64,000 nucleotides of DNA from Octopus sinensis (taxonomy: Eukaryota), in assembly GCF_006345805.1 (NCBI RefSeq), contig NC_042997.1:207638001-207702000 (forward strand), written 5' to 3'. This document shows, one piece after another, positions 13,431 to 25,546 of this stretch. The stretch's first letter is position 1; each line of letters begins with the position of its first letter. The notes below the pieces were generated by a model that made no database searches, was not told the DNA's origin, and worked only from the letters and a program-made list of their open reading frames with translations. The position numbers were made by a program, and so were the translations under genes.

Positions 13431-14809
13431 TAAAATTGATTTTCTCTTTATTTGGTTTTGTTTCTGTTTTTGTTTACATTGTGTGCATGCCTTGTTATGG
13501 TTTATGTTAGGGTTAGAGCTATGGTCTAGAATTGGCAACAGATAGCATACTAAATTGTAAATGGCCACGTTTACTGTATGCTAAACTGGCACTAGAGATT
13601 TAATGAAACCGTTTACCTATCGGAATTTAAGTCATGAAAGGGTTAGTTAGCATTGTCAACACACTTCACATTTCTCTGTTTCTGTGGGCCATGAAATAAA
13701 ACACTAGATAAGGAGTGGGTCAATATAGTTGACATTATTTCCTCCTATAAAATTTTGGCTATGTACCTTCTAAGAAATTCTTATTTGTATTAATATAAAG
13801 TGCGAGCAAGAGAACATCTGCAGGCTTCCTAAACTGTTAATGTGAATGTAGATGATGTCTTTTTCAACTTGTGTAAATTAATGTCTGATGAGAATGTGAT
13901 TCCATGTAGAAGCTGCCATTCTGGAGATAAATGATTGGCTAAAATATTTAGTTAAAGGGTTCTAGCTGTGTGAGACATGTTAAAGATGATGATGTGGGCT
14001 CAGTTTGATATAGTTTACAGCTTTACTAATTCACAGGAATAGTAGTAGGTGTTAGGGGGTTTTTTCCCATGTTTTATTTGAACAATTTGGCGGATAAAGG
14101 GGCTGTATCCTTGCTTTTGCATTCCTTCTGAGACAAGAGCTGTGCCTTCAAAACTGGTAAGATTGACGTAGTTGATCTTGAATAAAATGTGTGGATAGCT
14201 GCAGAGGAAATAACATGGACAAGGGAAATTCAGAAGATGACAATCTGGTAAGAAAGAATTTAATGCTTAGTTGCAGGTTAATTACATGCTACGTAATCTT
14301 CGAGCCTTTTGTCGCTAGATGCTGTAACATGGTTTGTATCCAATATAGTAGTACCACCACTATGCGATAATGGCCTGAAATATGTGGTACCAGTGTGATA
14401 AAATAAGATAATGCCACAGCATAACAACATAACTATCTCTCAAGAGCCAACAAATATTCCAATGAACAAACCACCCACACTCTTGAACTTCACTATGAAA
14501 TAACACAACTATTACACTCTCTCGGTTCAGTCCATCCTCACAAGAGGGTACCTTGGCTCTCATCACAACACTGAGAGTGTAAGGGGTTACTAACTTTGTT
14601 CTGCCGACAAATTTCCATTTATTTATTCTTAAGCTTCTCTTACTGCTAGAAACCACCTCTGCCTAGTACTGGCATTTATGTGAACAATGTAGACAATTGA
14701 CAAGTATCAAATGCCACAATACATAAATTCATTATTTATCAAAATTATCTTCAATTGTAGAAGTATCATAATTACTAAATGGTAATCAATTAGCATATTC
14801 AGGGCCATT

Positions 14810-15240
14810 TAGTCACCTACCAATCTGGTAGACACACTAGTCAAATTGACTACATCTTCACTAGGAAACAGGAAGACGACTACTTGTAAATGCCCAAACC
14901 TTCCCAGGTGAAGAAGTACCCCACAATATAGATTAGTAGTTAGCGACTTCAGGATCAGGGCTAAATGGATGCCCAGAAGACGACCAGAATGGAGGAGAAG
15001 GGTCTGGAAACTTAAGGATCCTGCAAAAAGAGATTGAGAGACATATTACTCAAAGCTGTGGAAGACAACTGGAGTTTTCTACAGGACAACCTTTTGAGGG
15101 CTAGTGATCAGATCTGTGGATGGTGCAAAGTCTCCTCTCAACCCAAGGTAACATGGTGGTGGAAGAATGTTGTTGAATCTGACATAGACCAGAAGGATAA
15201 CTTGGTTATGAATTGTGCTATCATCAACCTGGATAGAAAA
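14810..15240 (+). mobile_element. RTE LINE APE-endonuclease C-terminal fragment
   Basis: VTYQSGRHTSQIDYIFTRK..TFPGEE..QYRLVVSDF..RRRVWKLKD. Confidence 0.8.
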
Positions 15241-15279
15241 ATTGGTCGTTCAGAGAATTTCCACAATCTTCTTTCTCCT

Positions 15280-16132
15280 CAACAAAATTAGACATTTCAT
15301 CCTGTCTTCTTGTAATTGTGTTATTTGAAAGTGGAATTGTACTCAGAGTAGGTTCAGCATCTTTCCCAGAACCTCATTTGCACAAGCTATCATAGCAGGC
15401 TTGACAAGATTCTCACCTTAAATCTGAGGTGCTGCAACCTTGGCAATAATTTCAGAAACCAAATAACTGGTTTGAGTATCTTTACTTTTCAATATTTATC
15501 TTCTTTACAAAGTCAGGTAGTTTGATTAGCTGTATTTTCTTTTTATTCTCAAAATATTCCCGACCTTTACTAACAGATGATGGATGCCTTAATTTCTGGT
15601 GCTGCTCCAGCTTAACTTTCTTCATGAATAATTTGTCATGATGGCATTATATTCAAGATACATAGGTTTTGAGTCTACAGATACAAAACCAAACATGATA
15701 AAATCTTCTTTGCATTCTTCAGTTTTGCCTTTTTAGCAGTTGGTTCAGATATTATTACAACTGCATAAAAAATAGAAATAATAAATATTTTATTTCTATA
15801 AATTTAAAGTATCAAATTTATTATTAAACAATATTATGTAGTGATCTATTAAAAATATCGAATTTATTATGAAACTGTTGTGATTATAAAATTTAAATTA
15901 TGTAGTTCTTGATTGTAATATATCATTGATTATATATTATACATTATTGATTCTTATGGAATAATTTTGAATTTTGTTTTCTCTTATTATTATTCTGTTC
16001 ATATAAATTATTAAACTAACAGTGTCTTTATTATTGAACAATATTGTGTAGATCTGAATGGCTTCAATTTTTACGGCTACGAATTCTCTGGGGACCACTG
16101 GTAGGTTCCAGGGGACACATTGGGAATCACTG
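15280..16132 (-). mobile_element. hAT (Buster/Charlie, ZBED5/8-like) transposon 5' fragment with TIR
   Basis: Minus strand FGFVSVDSKP..KLEQHQKLRHP..GENLVKPAMIACANEVLG..IPLSNNTITRRQDEMS. TIR tgggaatcactg ends at about 16132, followed by ctttaaac. Confidence 0.8.
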
Positions 16133-17382
16133 CTTTAAACAATACTGGATGAAATGAATATTGAAATTTTACAAATTTTGTTAGTACATGAACCGTTATA
16201 ATATGCAATTCCAGTAGAATATGTGACAAAGATAATATTCCTAGCTGAAACTTATCCCCTTAATTCTTGTACCAAAAACTTCCAACCCCAGCCAATATTA
16301 ACGCCAGATAACTTACACAGGACATTTCATAATAAAGAAACAAAAAATTAAAGGCTTTGATCTTTTTCTTTTAACAAAAGAATTTTGATAAAATATATAT
16401 AAAGGATAGCTTTATGGTTGAAAAATTTGCTTCACACCCATGGGTTTCTGGGTTCAATTCTGCTGTGTAGTATATTGGGTAAGTGTCTTTTTATGTAGTC
16501 TTAGGTTGATCAATGTCATGTGAGTCAAATTGGGAGAATGATTCTATGAAGAAGCCCGCAAGATGTGTTTGTGTGTATGTGTGGTGTGTTCATTTACATG
16601 TTACTGCTCTAGTATACTAGGCTATCAAAGGTTACTTTCAATGAACAGGCATCGTTAAAATGGGACCCTGCCCTATGTTTGAAATTATCTCTAATATTGA
16701 TAGGGTCAATGAAAGACACCCAAAGACAGTGCCTGAGCATGGTCATAGCACATGACTGAAATTAATAAAACAAGAAAACAATTCTAGGTTTCAAAACATT
16801 TTTTAATGATAAACATCCAAATGTAAAGACAATATTAAATGACTTTTCTCGGTGTAAATGTATGCATACATGCATAAATGGAATTTCCTTCTAAGTAGAA
16901 GTTCACCCGAAACAAAAGTCATGAAAATTATTTGGATGAATATTCTTTGGGTGGGAGATCAGAATAAATAAAAGAATGCAAGTGAATGTGTCATGTATAA
17001 GTGGGATGGGTGGGTTGGGTGAGGTGCACGGCTGCCTTCAGAACACACAGTAAAAAATCTTTGATTTCATAATGGTTGAATCATTCGCCCAAAACAATGA
17101 GATTTGTTTCTTTTTAAGACATGTAATAGTAGACATGTAGTGGGGGAAATTTATATTAATAGGAATCATTATTATTAACAAGAAAATAATTATACATACA
17201 TATATATATGTCTGCTTACTTCAAGCCTTTCAAGACATGTGTAATTAAGAGATTCCTTATTTAAAACATAGTCAAGTGTTAATGACAGGAAAGGCATCTG
17301 GTTGTGAAAGAATACTTCATCAATATAAGTTATATATATATATATTTATGTATATATGTATAGATATATATATATATATTAG

Positions 17383-17423
<41 letters not shown>

Positions 17424-17439
17424 TACATATTAAATATAT

Positions 17440-17474
<35 letters not shown>

Positions 17475-17682
17475 ATATACATAAATATATATATAATATA
17501 TACATATAATATATATATATACATATATAATATAATATATATATATATATCTATATACATATAAATATATAATATTAGATATATATATATAATATATATA
17601 TATAAAAATAATATATTATATATATATACATATAATATATATATTATATATATATACATATAATATATATATATATATTATA

Positions 17683-17737
<55 letters not shown>

Positions 17738-17827
17738 TTATATATTAATATATATATATATATATACATATAATATATTATAATATATATATATATACAT
17801 ATAATAATATATATATATATATATATA

Positions 17828-17903
<76 letters not shown>

Positions 17904-17912
17904 ATATATATA

Positions 17913-17953
<41 letters not shown>

Positions 17954-17967
17954 TATATATATATATA

Positions 17968-18180
17968 CATCAACAATAAAGGAACGGCCATAATAGGCCT
18001 TCACCCACTAGAATAACAGCCAAAGCCTTCAACCGCAAATAAAAGTTAATTCAGTAAACCAGGAGAAATTTTAAAAAACATTTCTCCTGGTTTACTGAAT
18101 TAACTTTTATTTGCGGTTGAAGCTTTGGCTGTTTTCTAGTGGGTGAATGGCCTATTATGGCCGTTCCTTTATTGTTGATG
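17968..18180. repeat. Near-perfect palindrome (about 100-bp arms, about 11-nt loop)
   Basis: catcaacaataaaggaacggcc...ccaggagaaat paired with atttctcctgg...ggccgttcctttattgttgatg. Arms differ by 3 single-base indels. Confidence 0.92.
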
Positions 18181-18319
18181 TTGAACTTAAAAATGGTCTA
18201 TGACTATTTTAATTTTTCCTACTAGGCCGTGGTGGCAAGGAATTCTACAAAAAATTGTTTTTGCCCACCCTATATTGATTAATTATATATATATACATAT
18301 AATATATATAATATATATA

Positions 18320-18362
<43 letters not shown>

Positions 18363-18559
18363 TATATATATATATACATATAATATATATCTATATATAT
18401 ATACATATAAATATATATATATTATATAATACTATAATATATTATATATAATAATATTACATAAATATATATATATATAATATATACATATAATATATAT
18501 ATATAATATATACATATAATATATATCTATATAATATATCTACATATAATATATATATA

Positions 18560-18934
18560 CTAGCAGTATCGCCCGCGTTGCTCAGGTTTGTAAGGGAAAT
18601 AACTATATAGCTTTTTAGAGTGTTATAGCCAAAAAATAGCAAAAAAATGAAAAAAATTATGGTAAATTTTTTTTGAGATTTAAAAAAGGTGGAGTTGCGT
18701 CCCCTAGACAGTTGTGGTTCGTATTCCTGATTCTCGACACCCATGTCGAATTTATCGTTCATTTCAGAACTGGGGGGAACTTTTCAAAATTTTCGCTGCG
18801 TTAGTTTTGAATTATGACATTGGGCTAGTGTGTGTCAAGTTTCATCAGAATCGGTTGAAAGCCGTGGTCAGGGTGAGGGTACAAGCAAACAGACACACAG
18901 AAACACGCACAGACAAACTGCCGTTTATATAGAG

Positions 18935-18939
<5 letters not shown>
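18560..18939 (-). mobile_element. Complete non-autonomous Helitron (about 380 bp)
   Basis: Minus strand starts TCTCTCTCTATATAAACGGCAG and ends gcaacgcgggcgatactgCTAG. It sits between A and T with no TSD. Confidence 0.85.
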
Positions 18940-18974
<35 letters not shown>

Positions 18975-19097
18975 TATATTATATATATATTATATATATA
19001 CATATAAATATATATATATATATAATATATACATATAATTATATATATTATAATATATACATATAATATATATTATATATATATATATATACATCTA

Positions 19098-19180
<83 letters not shown>

Positions 19181-19183
19181 CAT

Positions 19184-19213
<30 letters not shown>

Positions 19214-19214
<1 letters not shown>

Positions 19215-21657
19215 CATCATCATCATCATCATCGTTTAGCGTCCGTTTTCCATGCTAGCATGGGTTGGACGGGTCAACTGGGGTCTGTGAAGCTGGAAGG
19301 CTTCGTCAGGCCCAGTCAGATCTGGCAGTGTTTCTACGGCTGGATGCCCTTCCTAACGCCAACCACTCCGCGAGTGTAGTGGGTGTTTTTTACGTGCCAC
19401 CTGCACAGGTGCCAGACAGAGCTGGCGAACGGCCACGAACGGATGGTGCTTTTACGTGCCACCGACACGGGGCGAGACAGAGCTGGCAACCGGCCACAAA
19501 CGGACGGTGCTTTTACGTGTCACCGGCACGGGGTCCAGCCGAGGCTGGCAACGGACACGGACGGATGGTGCTTTTACATGCCACCGACACGGGGCCAGAC
19601 AGAGCTGGCAAACAGCCACGAACGGATGGTGCTTTTACGTGTCACCGGCATGGGGGCCAGCTGAGGCTGGCAACGGACACGGACGGATGGTGCTTTTACG
19701 TGCCACCGACACGGGGCCAGACAGAGCTGGCAAACGGCCACGAACGGATGGTGCTTTTACGTGCCACCGACACGGGGCTAGACAGAGCTGGCCAACGGCC
19801 ACGAACGGACGGTGCTTTTACGTGTCACCGGCACGGGGCCAGGCGAGGCTGGCAACGAACACGAACGGATGGTGCTTTTACGTGCCACCGACACGGGGCC
19901 AGGCAGAGCTGGCAAACGGCCATGAGCGAATGGTGCTTTTACGTATCACCAGCACGGGTGCCAGACGAGGCTGACAGCGGACACGAACAGATGGGTCACT
20001 TAACCCCTGCTTTCTGATATATGATTTGATTTTGATTGTTCTCACTGGTCTTGCCGGGTCTTCTCACGCACAGCATACTTCCATAGGTCTCGGTCTCTGG
20101 TCATTTCCTTGGTGAGACCTAGATTTCGAACGTCGTGCTTCACCACCTCGACCCAGGTTTTCCTGGGTCTACCTCTTCCACAGGTCCCCTCAACTGCCAG
20201 GGTGTGGCACTTTTTCACACAACTATCTTCATCCATTCTCACCACATGACCATACCAGCGCAATCGTCTCTCTTGCACACAACATCTGATTCCTCTTAGG
20301 TCCAACTTTTCTCTGAAGGTACTTACACTCTGTCGACTATGAACACTGACATTACACATCCAACGGAGCATACTAGCTTCATTTCTCGCGAGCTTACGCA
20401 TGTCCTCAGCAGTCACGGCCCATGTTTCACTGCCATGTAGCATGGCTGTTCATACACATGCATCATACAGTCTGCCTTTTACTCTGAGCGAGAGGCGTTT
20501 AGTCACCAACAGAGGTAAGAGCTCCCTAAACTTTGCCCAGGCTATTCTTACTCTAGCCGTTACACTTTCAGCACACCCACCCCCACTACTGACTTGGTCA
20601 CCAAGATAACGGAAGCTATCAACTACTTCTAGTTTTTCCCCCTGGAAAGTGACGGAAGTTGTTTTCTGCAGATTTTCAGAGGTTAATGCTCCCGAGCATC
20701 TGCCACATACAAAAACCATCTTCCTAGTTAGCCTTCCTATGACATTGCTGCACCTCTTATGTGTCCATAGCTTACACTTGGTGCATCTTATAGAGTTTCT
20801 ACCTACACCTTTTCTACAGATCGAGCAGGGCCATCTACCTGAAGGCGTTTGTGATTTGTCCACCTTCCTACTTATTACGACTTTGGTTTTAGCTAGGTTG
20901 ACTCTAAGGCCCTTCGATTCTAATCCTTGCTTCCACACCTGAAACTTCTTCTCCAGTTCTGATAATGACTCAGCAATTAGAGCAAGGTCATCAGCATAGA
21001 GGAGCTCCCAGGGGCATCCTGTCTTGAATTCCTCCGTTATTGCCTGGAGGACTATGATAAATAGGAGGGGGCTGAGGACTGAGCCTTGGTGGACCCCTAC
21101 CTCTACCCGGAATTCTTCACTGTACTCATTTCCAACCCTCACCTTACTAGCAGCGTCCCTGTACATGGCTTGCACAGCTCTCACTAACCATTCTTCTATT
21201 CCTAGTTTCCTCATTGACCACCATATGAGGGATCGGGGGACCCTGTCGAAGGCTTTCTCCATGTCAACAAAAGCCAGGTACAGGGCCTTATCTTTGGCTA
21301 GGTATTTCTCCTGCAGCTGCCTTACCAGGAATATAGCATCAGTGGTACATTTCCCTGGCACGAAACCAAACTGCATCTCATCTAAACTAACTCTCTCTCT
21401 AATTAGTTGGCTTATGACCCTCTCTGTAACCTTCATCACCTGATCCAACAGCTTGATACCTCTGTAATTATTTGTATCTAGGGCATCACCTTTACCTTTG
21501 TAGCAGTTGACTATTATGCTGCTACACCAGTCATTGGGTATGACTCCTTCATGTATCACCTGATTAACTATACAGGTGACTAGGCTATAGCCGACACTAC
21601 CAGATATTTTGAGCATCTCTGCAGTGATACCTGATGGGCCTGGGGCTTTCCCTGTCT
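19214..21657 (-). mobile_element. 5'-truncated RTE LINE: RT domain with one premature stop, and a 3' UTR carrying a ~60-bp tandem array
   Basis: KAPGPSGI..YRGIKLL..QFGFVPG..FVDMEKAFD..GVHQGSVLSP..LYADDL..FRYLG. A TGA in LYDACV*TAMLHG splits ORFs 20450-21730 and 20042-20443; (GAT)n tail. Confidence 0.95.
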
Positions 21658-21659
21658 GT

Positions 21660-22620
21660 GAAAGTGCGATATTTGAGCAGTTTTGCAATTCAACTTCAAA
21701 AAAAGATGTAAAGCAGCTAAAACTGTTCATGATATCAATGAAACATTTGGTGGGGAAATGACCAGTGAGAGGTCAGCTTGAAAATGGTTTAAATGATTTT
21801 GCAGATTGTGAGCATTATGGACGCCCATCTGTCATCGATGACAGTCAAGTAGAGACTGTCATTGAGAAAGATCCATATAAAACCACTTGAGAATGGCAAA
21901 AGAACTTCAAGTTAGTCAGAAAACTGCCTGCAACCATTTTCATGCAATCAGAAAATCAAAAAAGCTCGACAAATTTGAATGAAAATCAGAAAATGCTTAT
22001 TGCTTCTTCTCCGCAACCAGACCAATCCATTTCTTGACCATATTGTAACTTGCAACGAAAAGTGGTTTTGTACAATGAAAAACGTTCTTTGCAGTGGTTG
22101 GAGCAAAATGAAGCACTGAAAACCTTCCCTAAACCCAAGCTCTTCAAAAAGAAGGTTATGGTGACTGCTTGGTGGTGTACTTTTGGAATCATCCATTATA
22201 ACTTTTTAAAATCTGGAAAAACATTACTGCAGAAACATATTGTCATGAAATTGCCAAAATGAAAGAAAAACCGCTACTCCTCTGTCCCAGACTGGTCAAC
22301 AGAAGAGGGCCAATCATTCTTCATAACAATGCTCGACTATAAATTTCACTAATGGTGCTCCAAAAGTTGAAGGAACTTGGCTATGAATTTCTTCCCCACC
22401 CAGCTTATTTCCCAGACCTTTCTCCTACCGACTACCACTTTTTCAAGCACCTTGATGGTTTCCTGAAAGAGGAGTTCAAAAATCAAACTGATGCTGAAAC
22501 TGTGTTCAAAGAGTTCATCAGCTCCAGAACTCCAGATTTTTATGTTACCAGAATAAACAAACTTGTAACTCATTGGCACAAATGTGTTGATTGTAATGGT
22601 ACTTACTTTGATGAATAAAA
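21660..22620 (+). mobile_element. Mariner transposase pseudogene
   Basis: GRPSVID..FLDHIVTCNEKW..KKVMVTAWW..LHNNAR..HPAYFPDLSPTDYHFFKHL. Confidence 0.92.
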
Positions 22621-23124
22621 TTTCCACATTGCTGAAATATATTGTGATGAATTTCATGTTTCAAAATGTTGCTTACTTTTTACTTAGCATGATAATACTC
22701 TCTGATTTTCTGTCTGAAGACTTTCTAACAGAAGATATCTTACATGTTTCTCTGTTAAATACAATTTTGTAACCCCTATTGGTAAATGAAACATGTGTAA
22801 TGGTGAATAAATAATACCAAAAATGTTTTCTTATCTCCTGTTTTGATATATGTATATGTTATATTATATACAAGATATACTGTATTATCATTAATTGATG
22901 GATGCAAAGAAATAAGAAACTTGAAGTAGTCAACTCCAAAATATAGTTGGGGTAGGTAGAGTGGGGAAGTAAATGTCAATAAGAACTAACTCAGTCTTGC
23001 CAAACAGATGCCAGGACCAAAAAGTGATGATGATAATCATCATGATATATATATATATACACACACACACACGTATATATACATGTGTGTGTGTGTATAT
23101 ATATATGATAATATGGCGTAAAAA

Positions 23125-23430
23125 AAGAAAATGGTAAATCTAGTTGAGTTCCTCATGAAGATAACATGGATGCCGCTCGAGCTCAAAAGATTGGCTGTTA
23201 TGAAAACCTCCTAGAGGAATGTGAAGACACAGGCTGGAAAGCAGAGCATTTTTCAATCAAAGTTGGATGTAGAGGGTTTGTTGGACACAGTGTGAAGTGA
23301 CTATTGCCATCATTGACTTAATTCATCATAAAGCAAATACCACTAGGAGTAATATCCAAACTACACTGGAAAAGGCAAACCACTGGATTTGGTTAGAAAG
23401 CAACAATGAGCAATGGCTAGAAGAATATTG
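23125..23430 (+). mobile_element. NeSL/Hero-like non-LTR element, restriction-like endonuclease C-terminus
   Basis: PHEDNMDAARAQKIGCYENLLEECEDTGWKAEHFSIKVGCRGFVG, resembling the ELTVPWE..K..KY..L..GW..P.EVGCRG motif. Confidence 0.7.
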
Positions 23431-23892
23431 AGTGAAACCTGATGACCAGTTGATCTAGCAAGCAGGGTCTCATTTCAGTGAGGGGTGCCCAATGATGCTG
23501 TCAAGAGATAGGTCCCGAAATGGCAGGCATTCTCTCCTAATGGCCCCATAAACTTGCTAGCATCTGGTATGCAGAGCTTTCAACAGGTAACACTTGCATC
23601 TGCATGTTGTTTGCAAAAAAATATTAAAAAATATATATTCGACCCTGTGCTTGAGGAAACCTATTGAGTCAAGTACATCAACATCAAAAATCAATGGAAA
23701 TTGTAGTTGCGATCCCTGTGCCGGTGGCATGTCAAAAGCACCGTCCGGATGTGGCCAATGCCAGCGCCGCCTTCACTGGCTTCCATGCTGGTGGCATGTA
23801 AAAACCACCAATCCAATCGTGGCCATTGCCAGCCTCGCCTGGCACCTGTGCCAGTGGCATGTAAAAAGTACCCACTACACTCACGGAGTGGT

Positions 23893-23992
23893 NNNNNNNN
23901 NNNNNNNNNNNNNNNNNNNNNNNNNNNNNNNNNNNNNNNNNNNNNNNNNNNNNNNNNNNNNNNNNNNNNNNNNNNNNNNNNNNNNNNNNNNN
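23893..23992. other. Assembly gap (100 N)
   Basis: Run of N. Confidence 1.
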
Positions 23993-24690
23993 CAATCATC
24001 TGGAATATGCCGGTTCAAACCGACAAAGAAATGACAGATAATAATAACCCAGACACAATACTAAACGATTGGAAAACAAAAAAATCACCAACTTACAAAT
24101 AGACATTGCAGTCCCTTCTGACCAAAATGTTGCTCGAAAAGAAGTGGAGAAATTGTCAAAGTACAAAGACATGGAAATTGGAGTATTCAAGATGTGGGGC
24201 ATGAAGGTGAAAACAACACTGGTAATGATTGGAGTAGTGGCCATGATACGGAAAAAAAAGAAACAAAAACAACATATGAACAAAAATATGCCTGGATCCT
24301 CAATACCATATACTATCCAAAAAATAACCCTGCTAGAAACAGCGAGGCTCTGTTAATTTAGTAATACAACCCAAAGAAAACACTCTATAAACACAAGACA
24401 CATTCCATATAACAAATATCCAATAAAATAAACAACCATCAGAAGACTGGGTACATAACTTGAATTACATACACAATACAAACACTAATACAATAAAAGA
24501 CGGCAACCAGATCCCATAAGAAAAGAAACTGGTACAGTACAATACTGGAGAGAGTTTGCACTCTCCCAACCACAAAGAAGAACACACAATGCTGCACACA
24601 CCTCAGTGACACGTGAGTGTAGCAGATGATGTAGTAGAAATTTGCCTGAAACTACCAAATGTTGAATAATAATAATAATAATAATAATAT
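23993..24690 (+). mobile_element. R4/Dong-like LINE 3' end (RLE domain, 3' UTR, (TAA)n tail)
   Basis: [47 protein letters not shown]; ends in aataataat. Confidence 0.8.
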
Positions 24691-24760
24691 AACTCTTACA
24701 TTAGCATGTAAGAGTTAATATTGCTATAATGAATCTTACCTTTATAACAATATTTAATAA

Positions 24761-25345
24761 ACCAGTGATGTTTATGGTCAATAAAAAATAAGTACCAGTT
24801 GAGCACTGGGGTTGATGTAATGACTTTGCCACTCTCCTGAAATTGCTGGCCTTGTGCCAAAATTTGAAACCAAAATTCAGTGATGTTTATGGTCAAAAAT
24901 AAGTACCAGTTGAGCACTGGGGTTGATGTAATTGACTTAGTCACTCTCCTGAAATTGCTGGCCTTGTGCCAAAATTTGAAACCAAAATTCCAGTGATGTT
25001 TATGGTCAATAAAATAAGTACCAGTTGAGCACTGGGGTTGATGTATTGAATTGACTTAGCCACTCTCCTGAAATTGTGGCCTTGTGCCAAAATTAGAAAC
25101 CAAAATCTCAGTGATGTTTATGGTCAATAAAATAAGTACCAGTTGAGCACTGGGGTTGAGGTAATTGACTTAGCCCACTCCTGAAATTGCTGGCCTTGTG
25201 CCAAAATTAAAACCAAAATTCCAGTGATTTGTTTGGTCATAAAATAAGTACCAGTTGAGCACTGGGGTTGATGTAATTGACTTAGACACTCACCTAATTG
25301 CTGGCCTTGTGCCAAATTAAAACCAAATTCCAGTGATGTTTCTAG
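24761..25345 (+). repeat. Five tandem copies (about 115 bp) of a SINE 3' half
   Basis: Unit ccagtgatgtttatggtcaataaaataagtaccagttgagcactggggttgatgtaattgac..gctggccttgtgccaaaat starts near 24762, 24879, 24991, 25110 and 25221. Confidence 0.85.
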
Positions 25346-25546
25346 ATTTATTATAATTAATAGAGATAGTGTTTACTTAGTATCAGTTAAATGCTGATTA
25401 TATTTTCCTGTTTGCTAATGTATTATAATAATAACATATAACTTTGTCTTCAAATATTTTTCTGTCTTTACCCACTGAACTCCCCAGCTCACCCCTAATT
25501 CCTCACCAACGAAATAATTTTATCTTTTTACTTTTTCATAATTTAG

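Larger units (their letters stand above)
17320..19212. repeat. Long (TA)-rich microsatellite field hosting a palindrome and a Helitron
   Basis: Direct inspection. Confidence 0.95.

Noticed and set aside
4712-13441. aaaattgatt flanking the satellite as a target-site duplication
   Set aside because: It is only 10 bp of AT-rich sequence and offset from the left array edge, so it is plausible by chance.
4732-13568. Dozens of long Cys/His/Ile-rich ORFs (up to 520 aa)
   Set aside because: They are translations of a 114-bp satellite that is open in several frames on both strands, with frequent frame-breaking indels. There is no domain similarity or splice context.
14360-14656. 98-aa minus-strand ORF
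   Set aside because: No motif, splice or homology support.
17276-19066. YI/IY-repeat ORFs (also at 697-1404 and about 32100)
   Set aside because: These are translations of (TA)n microsatellites.
19390-19990. CRISPR-like repeat array
   Set aside because: Units are contiguous with no unique spacers, they sit in an RTE 3' UTR, there are no cas genes, and the context is eukaryotic.
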